Shown here: in pieces, positions 35,076 to 44,574 of the stretch
How positions within the stretch are numbered: the stretch's first letter is position 1
Layout: each line of letters opens with the position of its first letter
Origin: Chitinophagaceae bacterium
Lineage (GTDB): Bacteria; Bacteroidota; Bacteroidia; Chitinophagales; Chitinophagaceae
Direction of reading: 5' to 3'
Assembly: GCA_025924755.1 (NCBI GenBank)
Contig: JAICHT010000001.1
Span: 1-55,902, forward strand
Length of the DNA stretch: 55,902 nt
Program-made: the position numbers and the translations under genes
The notes under the pieces: model-generated
Seen by the model: the letters and a program-made list of their open reading frames with translations, nothing else
What the model was told of the DNA's origin: nothing
Database searches by the model: none

Positions 35076-35153
35076 GAACTGCGATGCTGGTACTCCTTCT
35101 TTGTTATAAAGATTCCGATTCAACGAATCATCAGCCACCTGCTTTAGCTGCTG

Positions 35154-36257
35154 CTATTTTGATTCTTTAAATGCTGTAACAGGTTGAATGGTTCCGTCGG
35201 GATTAAAATGCAATTCCGTTACTTTCACATTACGTAAATAGGTTTTGCCGGACAACTGAACGTCATGATAAAACAAATACCACTTGCCACGGAATTGCAT
35301 AATGGATTGGTGGCTGGTCCAGCCTTCCACAGGATTCAGTACCACTCCTGTATATGTGAAGGGACCATAAGGATTATTGCCGATGGCATACACGATTTTG
35401 TGTGTATCACCTGTTGAATACGTGAAGTAATATTTTCCATTATACTTGAACATCCACGAGGCTTCAAAGAAACGTTTGTCGTTGTTTTTTTCCTTAAACA
35501 AACTGCCGCTGCTATCCACAATTTTAATTTCTCTTACCGGTTCCGCCAAGGCTTTCATATCAGCACTTAATTTGGCTACCCGTGGCAGTATGGCCAGATC
35601 ATCGGGCTTACGGTTTCCTTTTGTGGAATCGTATTGATTGTGATTCCACCGCTGCAATTGTCCGCCCCAGATACCACCAAAATACATGTAAAACGTTCCA
35701 TCCTCGTCTTTGAACACACAAGGGTCAATACTATAGCTTCCTTTGATGGGTTCTTTCTCCGGAACAAAAGGACCTTCGGGTTTGTTGCTGGTGGCTACGC
35801 CGATATGAAAGATATCGTTCTTGTCTTTTGCAGGAAAATAAAAATAATACCGGTTGTTGGCATATGCGGCATCAGGTGCCCATAACTGGCGGCCAACCCA
35901 GGGAATATCTTTAATGGTTAATGCCACTCCATGGTCTGTTATTTTGCCACCAATAGAATCCATGGAGAGAATATGATAATCCTTCATATCAAAGTGGCTG
36001 CCTAAATCATCTTCAGGTACACCGGTAGCGGTATCATGAGAACCATAAATGTAGATGCGTCCACCAAAGTTATGTGCCGAAGGATCGGCAATATAAATAT
36101 TCGTGACGAGTGGTTGGGAAAGATATTCCTTCTGTTGCTTTTTATCCACTTCTTTTGTTTCAGTTGTTTTGCTGGATTCATGTTGATTACAACTCAACAA
36201 AATTGTTATTGCAAGCAATGATGCTGCACATGAAAATTTGTTTTTCGAAATTACCAT
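35154..36257 (-). CDS. GH43 beta-xylosidase (GH43_1-like, lipoprotein)
   Basis: IYIADPSAH, QLWAPDAA, SIDPCVF, FFEASW, YSTGDTH; lipobox LLS-C. Confidence 0.9.
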   Translation of the reverse strand: MVISKNKFSCAASLLAITILLSCNQHESSKTTETKEVDKKQQKEYLSQPLVTNIYIADPSAHNFGGRIYIYGSHDTATGVPEDDLGSHFDMKDYHILSMDSIGGKITDHGVALTIKDIPWVGRQLWAPDAAYANNRYYFYFPAKDKNDIFHIGVATSNKPEGPFVPEKEPIKGSYSIDPCVFKDEDGTFYMYFGGIWGGQLQRWNHNQYDSTKGNRKPDDLAILPRVAKLSADMKALAEPVREIKIVDSSGSLFKEKNNDKRFFEASWMFKYNGKYYFTYSTGDTHKIVYAIGNNPYGPFTYTGVVLNPVEGWTSHQSIMQFRGKWYLFYHDVQLSGKTYLRNVKVTELHFNPDGTIQPVTAFKESK

Positions 36258-36580
36258 AGTAAGTGCGTTATGTTTTGTGAGTAATGAAAGTATTATTATT
36301 TTTTATTTGTGCTATTGCCGTTGTTAAAACTAAAGTAAATACTGCGACATTTATTTTTTCCCTAATACTGTTATCATTACCTAATTCTGTCACGTAGCTG
36401 TTTGCTCGCAAAATGAAAATTTACTGCTCTCCTATTCAGTTTTATTAGTCGTTAACCAGTTGATACTATTATTTTCACTTGTGGTAAATTTAAAACCATC
36501 GTGGTTTCTTTTGGCATCGTTGCTATTTTTCTATCCTTAACTATTTTGTGTCTTTTTATTTCCTGCATAACATTTGGATA

Positions 36581-38284
36581 TTACCAGGACATTTTGATGA
36601 GGGAAACTCCCTGCCGTGGCAAATCGAACCGAATAGTTGTATCACCATTCTTAATTGCTACCCATTGTGGCGATCCCAATAGCTGTAACTGTCCTGCTTT
36701 TGCTAATATTGCTATTTGTTCATTAGATGGATTTTGTGGCGAGCCCATCTTCTTCCATGCCGTATAAGAATTACTGTGTTCCTGGTCAATACGATAATGC
36801 GTTACTAGTACCTTTTTCGTGGGAAGACCTTTAACGAATATTGTAACGGGTGTAGCAGGCACCGACAAATCATTTTTATCATGATAATTCCAAACCATTA
36901 CTGATGCAGAATGATCACTGGCTGCTGCCAGTCCGTTTACATCCGGATTTTTTCCGCGAACACTGGAATCACGAACCGAAACATAATTGTGAGCAGCATT
37001 CGCAATAACAGGCACGCTGTTACCCTTCATGAGTCCGAACATGCGGAACACATTAAGAACCGGTTTATCCACACCATTGGTCGCTAAATCCCTGAACCCA
37101 CGAAACCATGGCTGGTTTTCAAATTCAAATGCCCATGTTACCGCACCTAACAAATTCACGCCTCTGTTTTTTGCCATGTCATATAACCGTGCGAAAGAAG
37201 CTGCTGTATAGCTCGAGTAAAGCGTACCATTTCTATAGTCATTGTTCTTGTAAATATCGGCAGGGCAAGCCGCACAACCTTCCGGGTCAGATTCACCAAT
37301 AATGATGGGTAAATTTTTGAGTGCAGTAAACGACGAAACAATTTGAAACCCTTTATCAATATTCCGTAATTGAATCCCCATATTCATCCACACGGTGTCA
37401 TGGATTACTTCCGGTTGTCCCTTAGCGTGAAAAGTGATAAAGTCCAATGGCGCCCCTTTTTTTCCGGTAGCATAATTTTTACCGTTCACTACATGCTCTA
37501 AAAATGTTTTCAAAAATGTTCCTGCATGGTCACCCCCGGGATTCGTTGTTTCAGGACCGCCAATACGGATGTTTGGCAAAGCCCTTTTAGCGGCATCGGA
37601 TGCATAATCATATAACTTTATGTACTCTTCCGTTGTGCCTTTCCAATAAGAAATATCCGGTTCATTCCATAGCTCCCAATACCAGCTTTCCACTTCATTC
37701 TTGCCATAACGTTCTACGCAATGTTTTACCCATTGATACACTAATTCTGCAAACTTTTCATAGCTTCTGGGAGGATAATTCCAGCCGGTATAATGATATA
37801 CTTTCTGCTTGTCTGGAGTGATTTCAAAACTGTCCGATTCCGGTTTTACAGATAATGCTTCCGGCATAAAACCAATTTGTGCCAAAGGTTTCATGCCACG
37901 CTGGATATACGTATCAAAAATGCTGTCGACTATTTTCCAGTTGTAAATGGGGTGCCCCTTGGCATCTTCGGTATAAGCATTGGTAGAACTCCATTTTAAG
38001 GCTGGCTTGCCATCACCTGTCGTTAATAAATTATGGCATCGTACATAAACCGGCACCCGGCTTAATGCAGCCAGTTCGGACAATAGTTTTTTGCCATCCT
38101 TCAAGTAGGTATAGTTTGCCTCGTCATATCCAAACCAGGCCCATATTGGCTTTAAAGGCTCTATAGTTTTTTTGGCGAGGTCTACCTGTATAGTCGCAGG
38201 CTTTGGAGTATCCTGTGCCTTTATAAAAGAAACTATGAAGACTAAAAATGTTGCGAGAAGAAATTTTGTTTTAGATACTATCAT
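36581..38284 (-). CDS. GH39 beta-xylosidase
   Basis: WFGYDEANYT, WELWNEPD acid/base, FHAKG, IIIGESDPEGCAAC nucleophile region. Confidence 0.88.
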   Translation of the reverse strand: MIVSKTKFLLATFLVFIVSFIKAQDTPKPATIQVDLAKKTIEPLKPIWAWFGYDEANYTYLKDGKKLLSELAALSRVPVYVRCHNLLTTGDGKPALKWSSTNAYTEDAKGHPIYNWKIVDSIFDTYIQRGMKPLAQIGFMPEALSVKPESDSFEITPDKQKVYHYTGWNYPPRSYEKFAELVYQWVKHCVERYGKNEVESWYWELWNEPDISYWKGTTEEYIKLYDYASDAAKRALPNIRIGGPETTNPGGDHAGTFLKTFLEHVVNGKNYATGKKGAPLDFITFHAKGQPEVIHDTVWMNMGIQLRNIDKGFQIVSSFTALKNLPIIIGESDPEGCAACPADIYKNNDYRNGTLYSSYTAASFARLYDMAKNRGVNLLGAVTWAFEFENQPWFRGFRDLATNGVDKPVLNVFRMFGLMKGNSVPVIANAAHNYVSVRDSSVRGKNPDVNGLAAASDHSASVMVWNYHDKNDLSVPATPVTIFVKGLPTKKVLVTHYRIDQEHSNSYTAWKKMGSPQNPSNEQIAILAKAGQLQLLGSPQWVAIKNGDTTIRFDLPRQGVSLIKMSW

Positions 38285-38318
38285 AAATAAGTAAAGTGCC
38301 TGATATAATTTTTGCCAG

Positions 38319-38420
38319 AGGTTTGATATTCTTGTATTTGCCGCTTAAATGCATCAAGCTGAATAAATATAATAAACCATCACCATAAGGATCGGAATAA
38401 CCACCTGGATACAACTCCGT
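38319..38420 (-). pseudogene. C-terminal stub of a GH8 (Rex-type xylanase/oligoxylanase)
   Basis: GGYSDPYGDGLLYLFSLMHLSGKYKNIKP resembles the GH8 terminal motif YYDGLLY(L/M)FSL(L/M)HLSG.Y.I; the rest of the gene is absent. Confidence 0.72.
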
Positions 38421-38500
38421 TCCGTCAGTGGGATATTTTACTTTATTACTTGCTGCATGAGGCTTTCCAACAAAAAGATGGCTAATATGGAAAGAGTATC

Positions 38501-40423
38501 TCAGCGCAAATCCCAATATAACACATAGCGTTCGTGATGAAGTTGATAGTAAGGGATCAACGTTATTTGCCTGGAAGCCACCTTTCCAGTAGTTATAAAT
38601 GACAATTTTTGTCCCGCTACCGGTTTAAGCCAATTGCTTACATCCGCATTTCCTACATTCAACGTGCTGATGATATTAGCAGGAATATTATAATTGTTAT
38701 AATCGTTCTGATCGTTAGCATAAGGGGCAGGATTCTTTAACCCTTCCGTACCCATCTCGCCAGCGAGAATGATAGGACCATAGGCTATGGCGGCTTTGTG
38801 GGGATTATCATTAGCAGTCGCCAGGCGTAGTTCCATAGGATAAGTTACCTCAATTTTATCCCCCGTTTTCCATTTCCGGTTCAATACGATATAACTTCCC
38901 GGCTTTTGAGTCACCTTAACTTTTTTGCCATTCACTTTTAAAATAGCCCCGGATACTGCCCACGAGGGATAACGGATGTAAATCGGCATTGAAACAGCAG
39001 CATCGGTTTTTATGATGAACTGCGTGGTAGCTTCTTCAGGATACCGGGTTTCCTGAATGATAGTGATTCCTTTTCCCTTCCAGTTTACTTCAGAAGGAAT
39101 AAACAGATTTATATAAATGCCATTGTTATCATGGAAGTAAATGGTTTCCGCAAATTTTGCATTGCTTTCAAACGCAGTTCCTACACAACACCAGAAAGAA
39201 TTGGTGGGTGTACTATATACTTTAAATAACCCCGGTTTAAAAGGCATAAAATAAGAAGCCATGCCTGTTTCAGGATCCTGCGCAGCAAGAATATGATTGT
39301 ACAATACCTTTTCATAATAATCCGCATATTTTACATCCGCCGTCCAGTTAAAAAGGTGCTTAGTGAGCTTCAGCATATTATAGCTATTGCAGGTTTCTGT
39401 AGTTCTTGCGGATAAATGTGCTGATAACTGGTCAGGACTAAAAAAATGTTCATCGTCACTGTTTCCTCCGGTTGCGTAGGTATGGTGATCAATCACTGTA
39501 TTCCAGAAAAAAGTGGCAATGGTTTTTTGCTTTTCATCAGCCGTTAATTCATATCCTCTTGCCTCTCCTATTATTTTAGGAATCTGCGTATTGGCATGGA
39601 GTTTCGCCAGTTTATCTTCCTGGCTGGCTAATGGATCCAAGACCGCATGATGGTAAAACATTTCAGCTAACTCCTTATCTTTTTCATTGCCGGTTACGCC
39701 ATAGAGGTTATAAAAAGATTCGATCATGCCACCAAATTCATTTCGTTCCATTACGGCTAATTGTTCCGCAGTAAGCCCCTTGAGTTTTAAGTACGCCCAG
39801 TTGCTCATTTTTTCTGCAGCCGCTAAAGCTTCTTTGTTTCCGGCATAGGTATACATATCAATCAATCCTGCCATCACTTTATGAATGGTGTACCACGGCG
39901 CCCATACAGGCTGTCCGGCAATACAACGGTCAATAAAATATTGTGGGAAAGCACTGAGATACCCATTTTGGTTCAGCACATTTTGGCACTCCACAAGGGC
40001 TGTAACCAAACTATCACCCCGCTTTTTGTATGGTTCCTCACCGGTAGAAGCATACATCATGGCTAAGCCGGAAAGCACATGTCCCATCGTATGTCCGCGC
40101 AATTCACAATCCAACGCCTCCCAGCCTCCCAAGGGTTGTGCGTTCGTTTGCAGGCCTGCATTCACTCTCCAGCTGTGAAGTAAGCGCTTTGTATCCATAG
40201 TTAACAGCCATTTGCCGTTTCGTTCCATATTCTCTTTGAAACGGCTGTCTAAAAGTTTTACATCCCGAAGGTCAAAGTTGGAGGCTTTTATAGGTACTAC
40301 ATTTGATGTTGCCAGGAATGTTTTTCCCTCTTCTCTCGGCTGAGAGTTCGTAAGAAAGGGAACAAGCAGTAAGCTATACGCTAAGCCCTTCGATAAGGAA
40401 TAAAACAGAAATGAAATTTTCAT
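38501..40423 (-). CDS. GH127/GH146 beta-L-arabinofuranosidase-like protein
   Basis: GGWE...LRGHTMGH, WAPWYTIHK, HANTQIPK, ETCNSYNMLKL, FWCCVGT. Confidence 0.88.
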   Translation of the reverse strand: MKISFLFYSLSKGLAYSLLLVPFLTNSQPREEGKTFLATSNVVPIKASNFDLRDVKLLDSRFKENMERNGKWLLTMDTKRLLHSWRVNAGLQTNAQPLGGWEALDCELRGHTMGHVLSGLAMMYASTGEEPYKKRGDSLVTALVECQNVLNQNGYLSAFPQYFIDRCIAGQPVWAPWYTIHKVMAGLIDMYTYAGNKEALAAAEKMSNWAYLKLKGLTAEQLAVMERNEFGGMIESFYNLYGVTGNEKDKELAEMFYHHAVLDPLASQEDKLAKLHANTQIPKIIGEARGYELTADEKQKTIATFFWNTVIDHHTYATGGNSDDEHFFSPDQLSAHLSARTTETCNSYNMLKLTKHLFNWTADVKYADYYEKVLYNHILAAQDPETGMASYFMPFKPGLFKVYSTPTNSFWCCVGTAFESNAKFAETIYFHDNNGIYINLFIPSEVNWKGKGITIIQETRYPEEATTQFIIKTDAAVSMPIYIRYPSWAVSGAILKVNGKKVKVTQKPGSYIVLNRKWKTGDKIEVTYPMELRLATANDNPHKAAIAYGPIILAGEMGTEGLKNPAPYANDQNDYNNYNIPANIISTLNVGNADVSNWLKPVAGQKLSFITTGKVASRQITLIPYYQLHHERYVLYWDLR

Positions 40424-40532
40424 TGCAGATTATTTTATGAATGGTCAATCAGAATTTCAAAATTGGTTCAGCATCTTCAACTTCCTCAAATTGCAAAAGT
40501 TGATTTCTCCTGTGACGTGTTTAAAAGGAGCA

Positions 40533-40600
40533 GTTGATTTACACTCTTTTTGCACCGGTGCTTTAATATGAAAAACTACGTAATTATCTGATAAAAAGTG
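40533..40600 (-). pseudogene. Second CBM48/esterase remnant
   Basis: HFLSDNYVVFHIKAP, then shifted AKRV*IN; aligns with [24 protein letters not shown] of the 26179-28104 esterase. Confidence 0.6.
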
Positions 40601-40685
40601 TAAGCGACCATTTGCAATCATCTTGCTGCCGTCCTTTTTCTTCCACTTGTCAATCCCTGTCTCCGTTTTTTGCACGGTTTAAACA

Positions 40686-43145
40686 CTAAAAGGAAACCAT
40701 TGTATATACTTTTCCCCTTTGTGTTGGTATATCATAAAGCCATGTTTCTTTCAGTTGCAGTGGTGTCATCGTTGCTTTTGGTGATATAATGGGTGCAGAT
40801 GTCTTTTCTGTTTGATAAAATGGATTTTTATTCTCACCTCTTGCTTTTTTTAAGGTCTTACCCGTATTTAATTTTAAAGCATTCGGAACCCTTAAGCGAA
40901 GGTTGCCACCAATTGTTGATCGGATAACAGCCTTTACCAGTTTTCCAGCTTTCCATTGCATGTTTACTACTTCAAAACCGCCTCTTGCTCGCAGTCCATT
41001 AACACTTCCTTTCTGCCAAACATCAGGAAGAGCCGGAAGTAAATGAAGCGTGCCATCTTCACTTTGCATAAGCATTTCTGTAATACCGGAAGTGCAACCA
41101 AAGTTGCCATCAATCTGGAAAGGCGGATGGGCATCAAAAAGATTGTTGTAAGTACCGCCTCCCGCTTCATTATTACCCACAGGGGTCAGTTGGTTTTGTA
41201 TGAGTTTATATGCATGATTGCCATCCAGCATTTTTGCCCACCAGTTTACTTTCCAGCCCATGCTCCAGCCGGTGGATACATCGCCCCGTTCGATAAGCGT
41301 GGTTTTTGCCGCACTATACAATTGAGGTGTGCGGAAGGGAGAAATTTGGTTAGATGGAAATAAACCATACAGATGGGAAATATGGCGGTGATGATCATTG
41401 GGGTCGTCCACATCATCCAACCATTCCTGCAGTTGCCCATATTGCCCAATATGCATGGGAGCAAGACGATTGCGCATTTGTTTTAGTGTGTCAACAAAAG
41501 AGGCATCCTTTTTCAAAATCTGTGCGGCACGAATAGCGGTACTGAACACATCAAAAACAATTTGGTTGGTCATGGTGACGCCGGCATCCAAAGACGAACC
41601 CTGGTGGGCGTTGGGTGCATTTTCCGGTGACATATCGGGACAAACTACCAGCCAGTGGTATTTGGGGTGTTCCACCAGGAAATCAGTATAGAAAGTGGCG
41701 GCACCTTTTAAAATGGGATAGATGGATGCCAAATAAGTTTTGTCACCGCTATACAGAAAGTGTTCCCAAAGATGCTGACTCATCCAGCCTCCACCATTAT
41801 TCCAGATGCCCCAAAAGGCACCATCCACCGCTCCGGTAGTGCGCCAGATGTCTGTATTGTGATGCGCCATCCAACCTCCTGCCCCGTACATATCCTTAGC
41901 GGTTTGCTGTCCGGTGACAGATAACTCTTTTATCATTTGCAGAAAGGGTTCATGCATTTCGGCAAGGTTCGTTTTTTCAGCCGGCCAGTAGTTCATTTCG
42001 GCATTGATGTTAATGGTGTATTTACTATCCCAGGGTGGATAAAGTTTATTATTCCAAATGCCCTGCAGATTAGCGGGCTGGCCACCAGGTTGTGAAGCGG
42101 AAATCAATAAATAACGCCCATATTGAAAATATAGGGCTACAAACTGCGGGTCGTTAGTTGAATCGAAATTTCTTAAACGCTCATCAGTTGGGAGTTTGAT
42201 GGCTTCTGTTGAACCCAGGTCTAAGTTTACCCGCTTGAAATATTTTTGATAGGCTGCTATATGCGCTTTTGAAATAAGTGCAAAAGATTTTGAATAGGCT
42301 TTATCTAAATAGCCTGTGGCTCTTTCGTTTTCATTGCCGCTGATATCATTATAGCTATTGAAGTTGGTAGCGACGGATATATAAATAGTTGCCTCATTTG
42401 CATCTTTCACCATCAGCGAGGTATCAATCGATGATATACTACCACCATCCGTTTTTATACGTGTGATGCCTTTAAACCTCACCTTCCCTTCCACGCCTTC
42501 ATGATCGATGGTGGTACCTGCAATTACCAGTTCTTTGTTGGAGGTTGTTGTAACTTTTGCTTTGGGTTGGGGAGTAGAAAAAAGGGCCGTGAAAGTTATG
42601 CTGTGTGGCTTACTTGCCGTTAGATGCATTACAATCACACGATCAGGAAAAGAAGCTAATACCTCTCTTGTATAAGTGACATCCCCAATAATATATGACG
42701 TTTTTTGTATTGCTTTTTCAATATCGAGTTCACGATAATAGTCGGTATAATTTTCATGGGTACCAAAAACCAGGCGAAGACTACCTACCGGTTCAAACAT
42801 CTGCCCTTGCGATGTTTTGCTGATAATGATTCTATTTGCCAGTGCCTCTGCCTTTTTTTGCTTGTCTTCAAATATCAGCTTCCGTATTTCAGCCAGTGAA
42901 TCCAAAGCCAAAGGATTATCGTTACGGTTAGGGCTACCGCTCCAAACGGTATGTTCATTTAACTGAATCGTTTCTGTATCCACATTCCCATATACCATGG
43001 CACCCAACCTGCCATTTCCGATAGGCAAGGCATTCTCCCAGGTTGTACCAGATGGCCGATGATACCAAAGCTTTAAGCCCGGGTTACTTTGTGAATAGCT
43101 AACAGATGCATTAATTAGCAGAAAAATCAAAATCAATTGTCTCAT
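40686..43145 (-). CDS. GH95 alpha-L-fucosidase/alpha-L-galactosidase
   Basis: [56 protein letters not shown]. Confidence 0.95.
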   Translation of the reverse strand: MRQLILIFLLINASVSYSQSNPGLKLWYHRPSGTTWENALPIGNGRLGAMVYGNVDTETIQLNEHTVWSGSPNRNDNPLALDSLAEIRKLIFEDKQKKAEALANRIIISKTSQGQMFEPVGSLRLVFGTHENYTDYYRELDIEKAIQKTSYIIGDVTYTREVLASFPDRVIVMHLTASKPHSITFTALFSTPQPKAKVTTTSNKELVIAGTTIDHEGVEGKVRFKGITRIKTDGGSISSIDTSLMVKDANEATIYISVATNFNSYNDISGNENERATGYLDKAYSKSFALISKAHIAAYQKYFKRVNLDLGSTEAIKLPTDERLRNFDSTNDPQFVALYFQYGRYLLISASQPGGQPANLQGIWNNKLYPPWDSKYTININAEMNYWPAEKTNLAEMHEPFLQMIKELSVTGQQTAKDMYGAGGWMAHHNTDIWRTTGAVDGAFWGIWNNGGGWMSQHLWEHFLYSGDKTYLASIYPILKGAATFYTDFLVEHPKYHWLVVCPDMSPENAPNAHQGSSLDAGVTMTNQIVFDVFSTAIRAAQILKKDASFVDTLKQMRNRLAPMHIGQYGQLQEWLDDVDDPNDHHRHISHLYGLFPSNQISPFRTPQLYSAAKTTLIERGDVSTGWSMGWKVNWWAKMLDGNHAYKLIQNQLTPVGNNEAGGGTYNNLFDAHPPFQIDGNFGCTSGITEMLMQSEDGTLHLLPALPDVWQKGSVNGLRARGGFEVVNMQWKAGKLVKAVIRSTIGGNLRLRVPNALKLNTGKTLKKARGENKNPFYQTEKTSAPIISPKATMTPLQLKETWLYDIPTQRGKVYTMVSF

Positions 43146-43288
43146 TTAATTACGCATTAAGTATGTACTCTAAGACTTCTAAATTTACGTGGCGATAAAG
43201 AAATTGGAAATTAGCTAAGGAAATGCAGATTATGAGAAGTAATTATTGCGCTGACTGAGTTGTTGAAAAAAAATAGAAATAAATTTAT

Positions 43289-43318
43289 AAGAGGTAGCCG
43301 GGATGACCGCCTCTTTTT
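43289..43318 (-). terminator. Imperfect hairpin, probable terminator of the lost T9SS cargo gene
   Basis: AAGAGG...CCTCTT stem about 20 bp past the pseudogene stop. Confidence 0.45.
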
Positions 43319-43337
43319 AAAGCCATTGTATCTATAC

Positions 43338-43560
43338 TTATTGGGACTGCTTCAATAGTTTTACAACCATTTTTTGACTTCCCTGCGTTACTTGTGCATA
43401 ATACAGTCCAGGCCGGTAGTTTTGCCCAATTTGTAAAGTGCTGTTAGCGCTAATTCCAGGTTTGCTTTCTATTGATCGTCATAGCGCATCTAGTATATTA
43501 AGCGTCACTGGAGCAAGCCTAATGCTTTGGGTGATCCGTAAAGGTGGCTATTGCCTTAGG
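43338..43560 (-). pseudogene. Orphan T9SS type-A CTD remnant with internal stop
   Basis: ITQSIRLAPVTLNILDAL*RSIESKPGISANSTLQIGQNYRPGLYYAQVTQGSQKMVVKLLKQSQ*; TGA (43479-81) sits at the conserved D..G-R glycine. Confidence 0.8.
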
Positions 43561-43992
43561 TGGCGATGTATTGCATTCCTTTAGCGGACAAGAACCGGCA
43601 ATCGGGTGATCGCTTTTCAGAATTATGAAACTGATTATATTGGTTATACTGCTGTTCACCTTTCTTACATTGCAAACAATAGCAAGTCTTACGAAATAGG
43701 ACTTCAGGTAGCAGGCAAAACGGCAACCACAAATGAAGCAGCTATCATTGAAGAAGAAGTGAAACGCCCTTACACCACTGGCCCAGCTGGTGGGGGCAGT
43801 GTACGCAAACATGTGAATGAAGTGGTGGGAATCATCTCAACGCTGATGGATAGAAAGAAAATACAAATGTGGCTAATTAACAAACGGTATAATCCAGGTG
43901 CTACTTCTATCTTTCACATACTTTTTTATTAAGCTTAGTTCAGTGCCCAATTACGCACATTTCTTTTGAGCATTTTAGCAAAGCTTAAAAAC

Positions 43993-44031
43993 AACAAAAG
44001 CCTATAAACTTTTGACTTATAGGCTTTTGTT
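43993..44031. terminator. Perfect 15-bp inverted repeat downstream of tmRNA (bidirectional terminator or island-end hairpin)
   Basis: AACAAAAGCCTATAA-9nt-TTATAGGCTTTTGTT. Confidence 0.8.
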
Positions 44032-44050
44032 ACGCTTTGATAGTCGAATA

Positions 44051-44421
44051 GGTGGAGGTGACCGGAGTCGAACCGGTGTCCAAACATAATCACTAAAAGC
44101 TTTCTACATGCTTAGTCAGGCATTAATTGTCGGGAAGATGCAGGAGCCGGACAAACCAACAACTTCCTTAGCTGTATATTCTTGAGCAAGCGTCACAGCC
44201 TTCGCTTGCAGCAATCTGTTTCTTTTTAATTAGGCGGGGCAGCTCGGTACAGATAAACCTGCACGCCCGGCCATAATGGGTGCGCTAATTACTAATTAGG
44301 CAGCCATGGCAAAGTTAGATTCGCCATTTGAAGTTTGAATATTCAGATTTACGAGCTAAGTATCCAACGCTCGGCATGCTTACACTTTCAAAGATCTATG
44401 CTGTCAAAACCAAACACCCCC
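44051..44421 (-). ncRNA. ssrA: tmRNA; tag peptide (A)GESNFAMAA encoded at 44325-44296
   Basis: 5' GGGGGTGTTTGGTTTTGACAGC; 3' T-arm ACCGGTTCGACTCCGGT plus CACCTCCACC; acceptor stem GGGGGUG/CACCUCC with G3.U; tag ends in AA-stop. Confidence 0.96.
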
Positions 44422-44534
44422 AGGTTATTTTATTCTGCAATTGCCGAATAGATGTTTCCGGGAATTGTAATCCACATCAGCGTTTGTTGTGCCACGTCCT
44501 TAGACTGTTTACCGCTATCCAGCAAAGCAATTTA

Positions 44535-44542
44535 CAAAGATA
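44535..44542 (-). promoter_or_regulatory. Candidate -7 element (TATCTTTG) for ssrA
   Basis: Matches TAnnTTTG, about 110 nt upstream of the mature tmRNA 5' end. Confidence 0.45.
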
Positions 44543-44574
44543 CAAAATATAAATATTTAATAGCCATATGCTTC

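Noticed and set aside
43150-43260. Possible HTCS-type direct repeats upstream of GH95
   Set aside because: The repeats (TAATCTGCATTT / TAATTTCCAATT) are too degenerate in AT-rich DNA to support.
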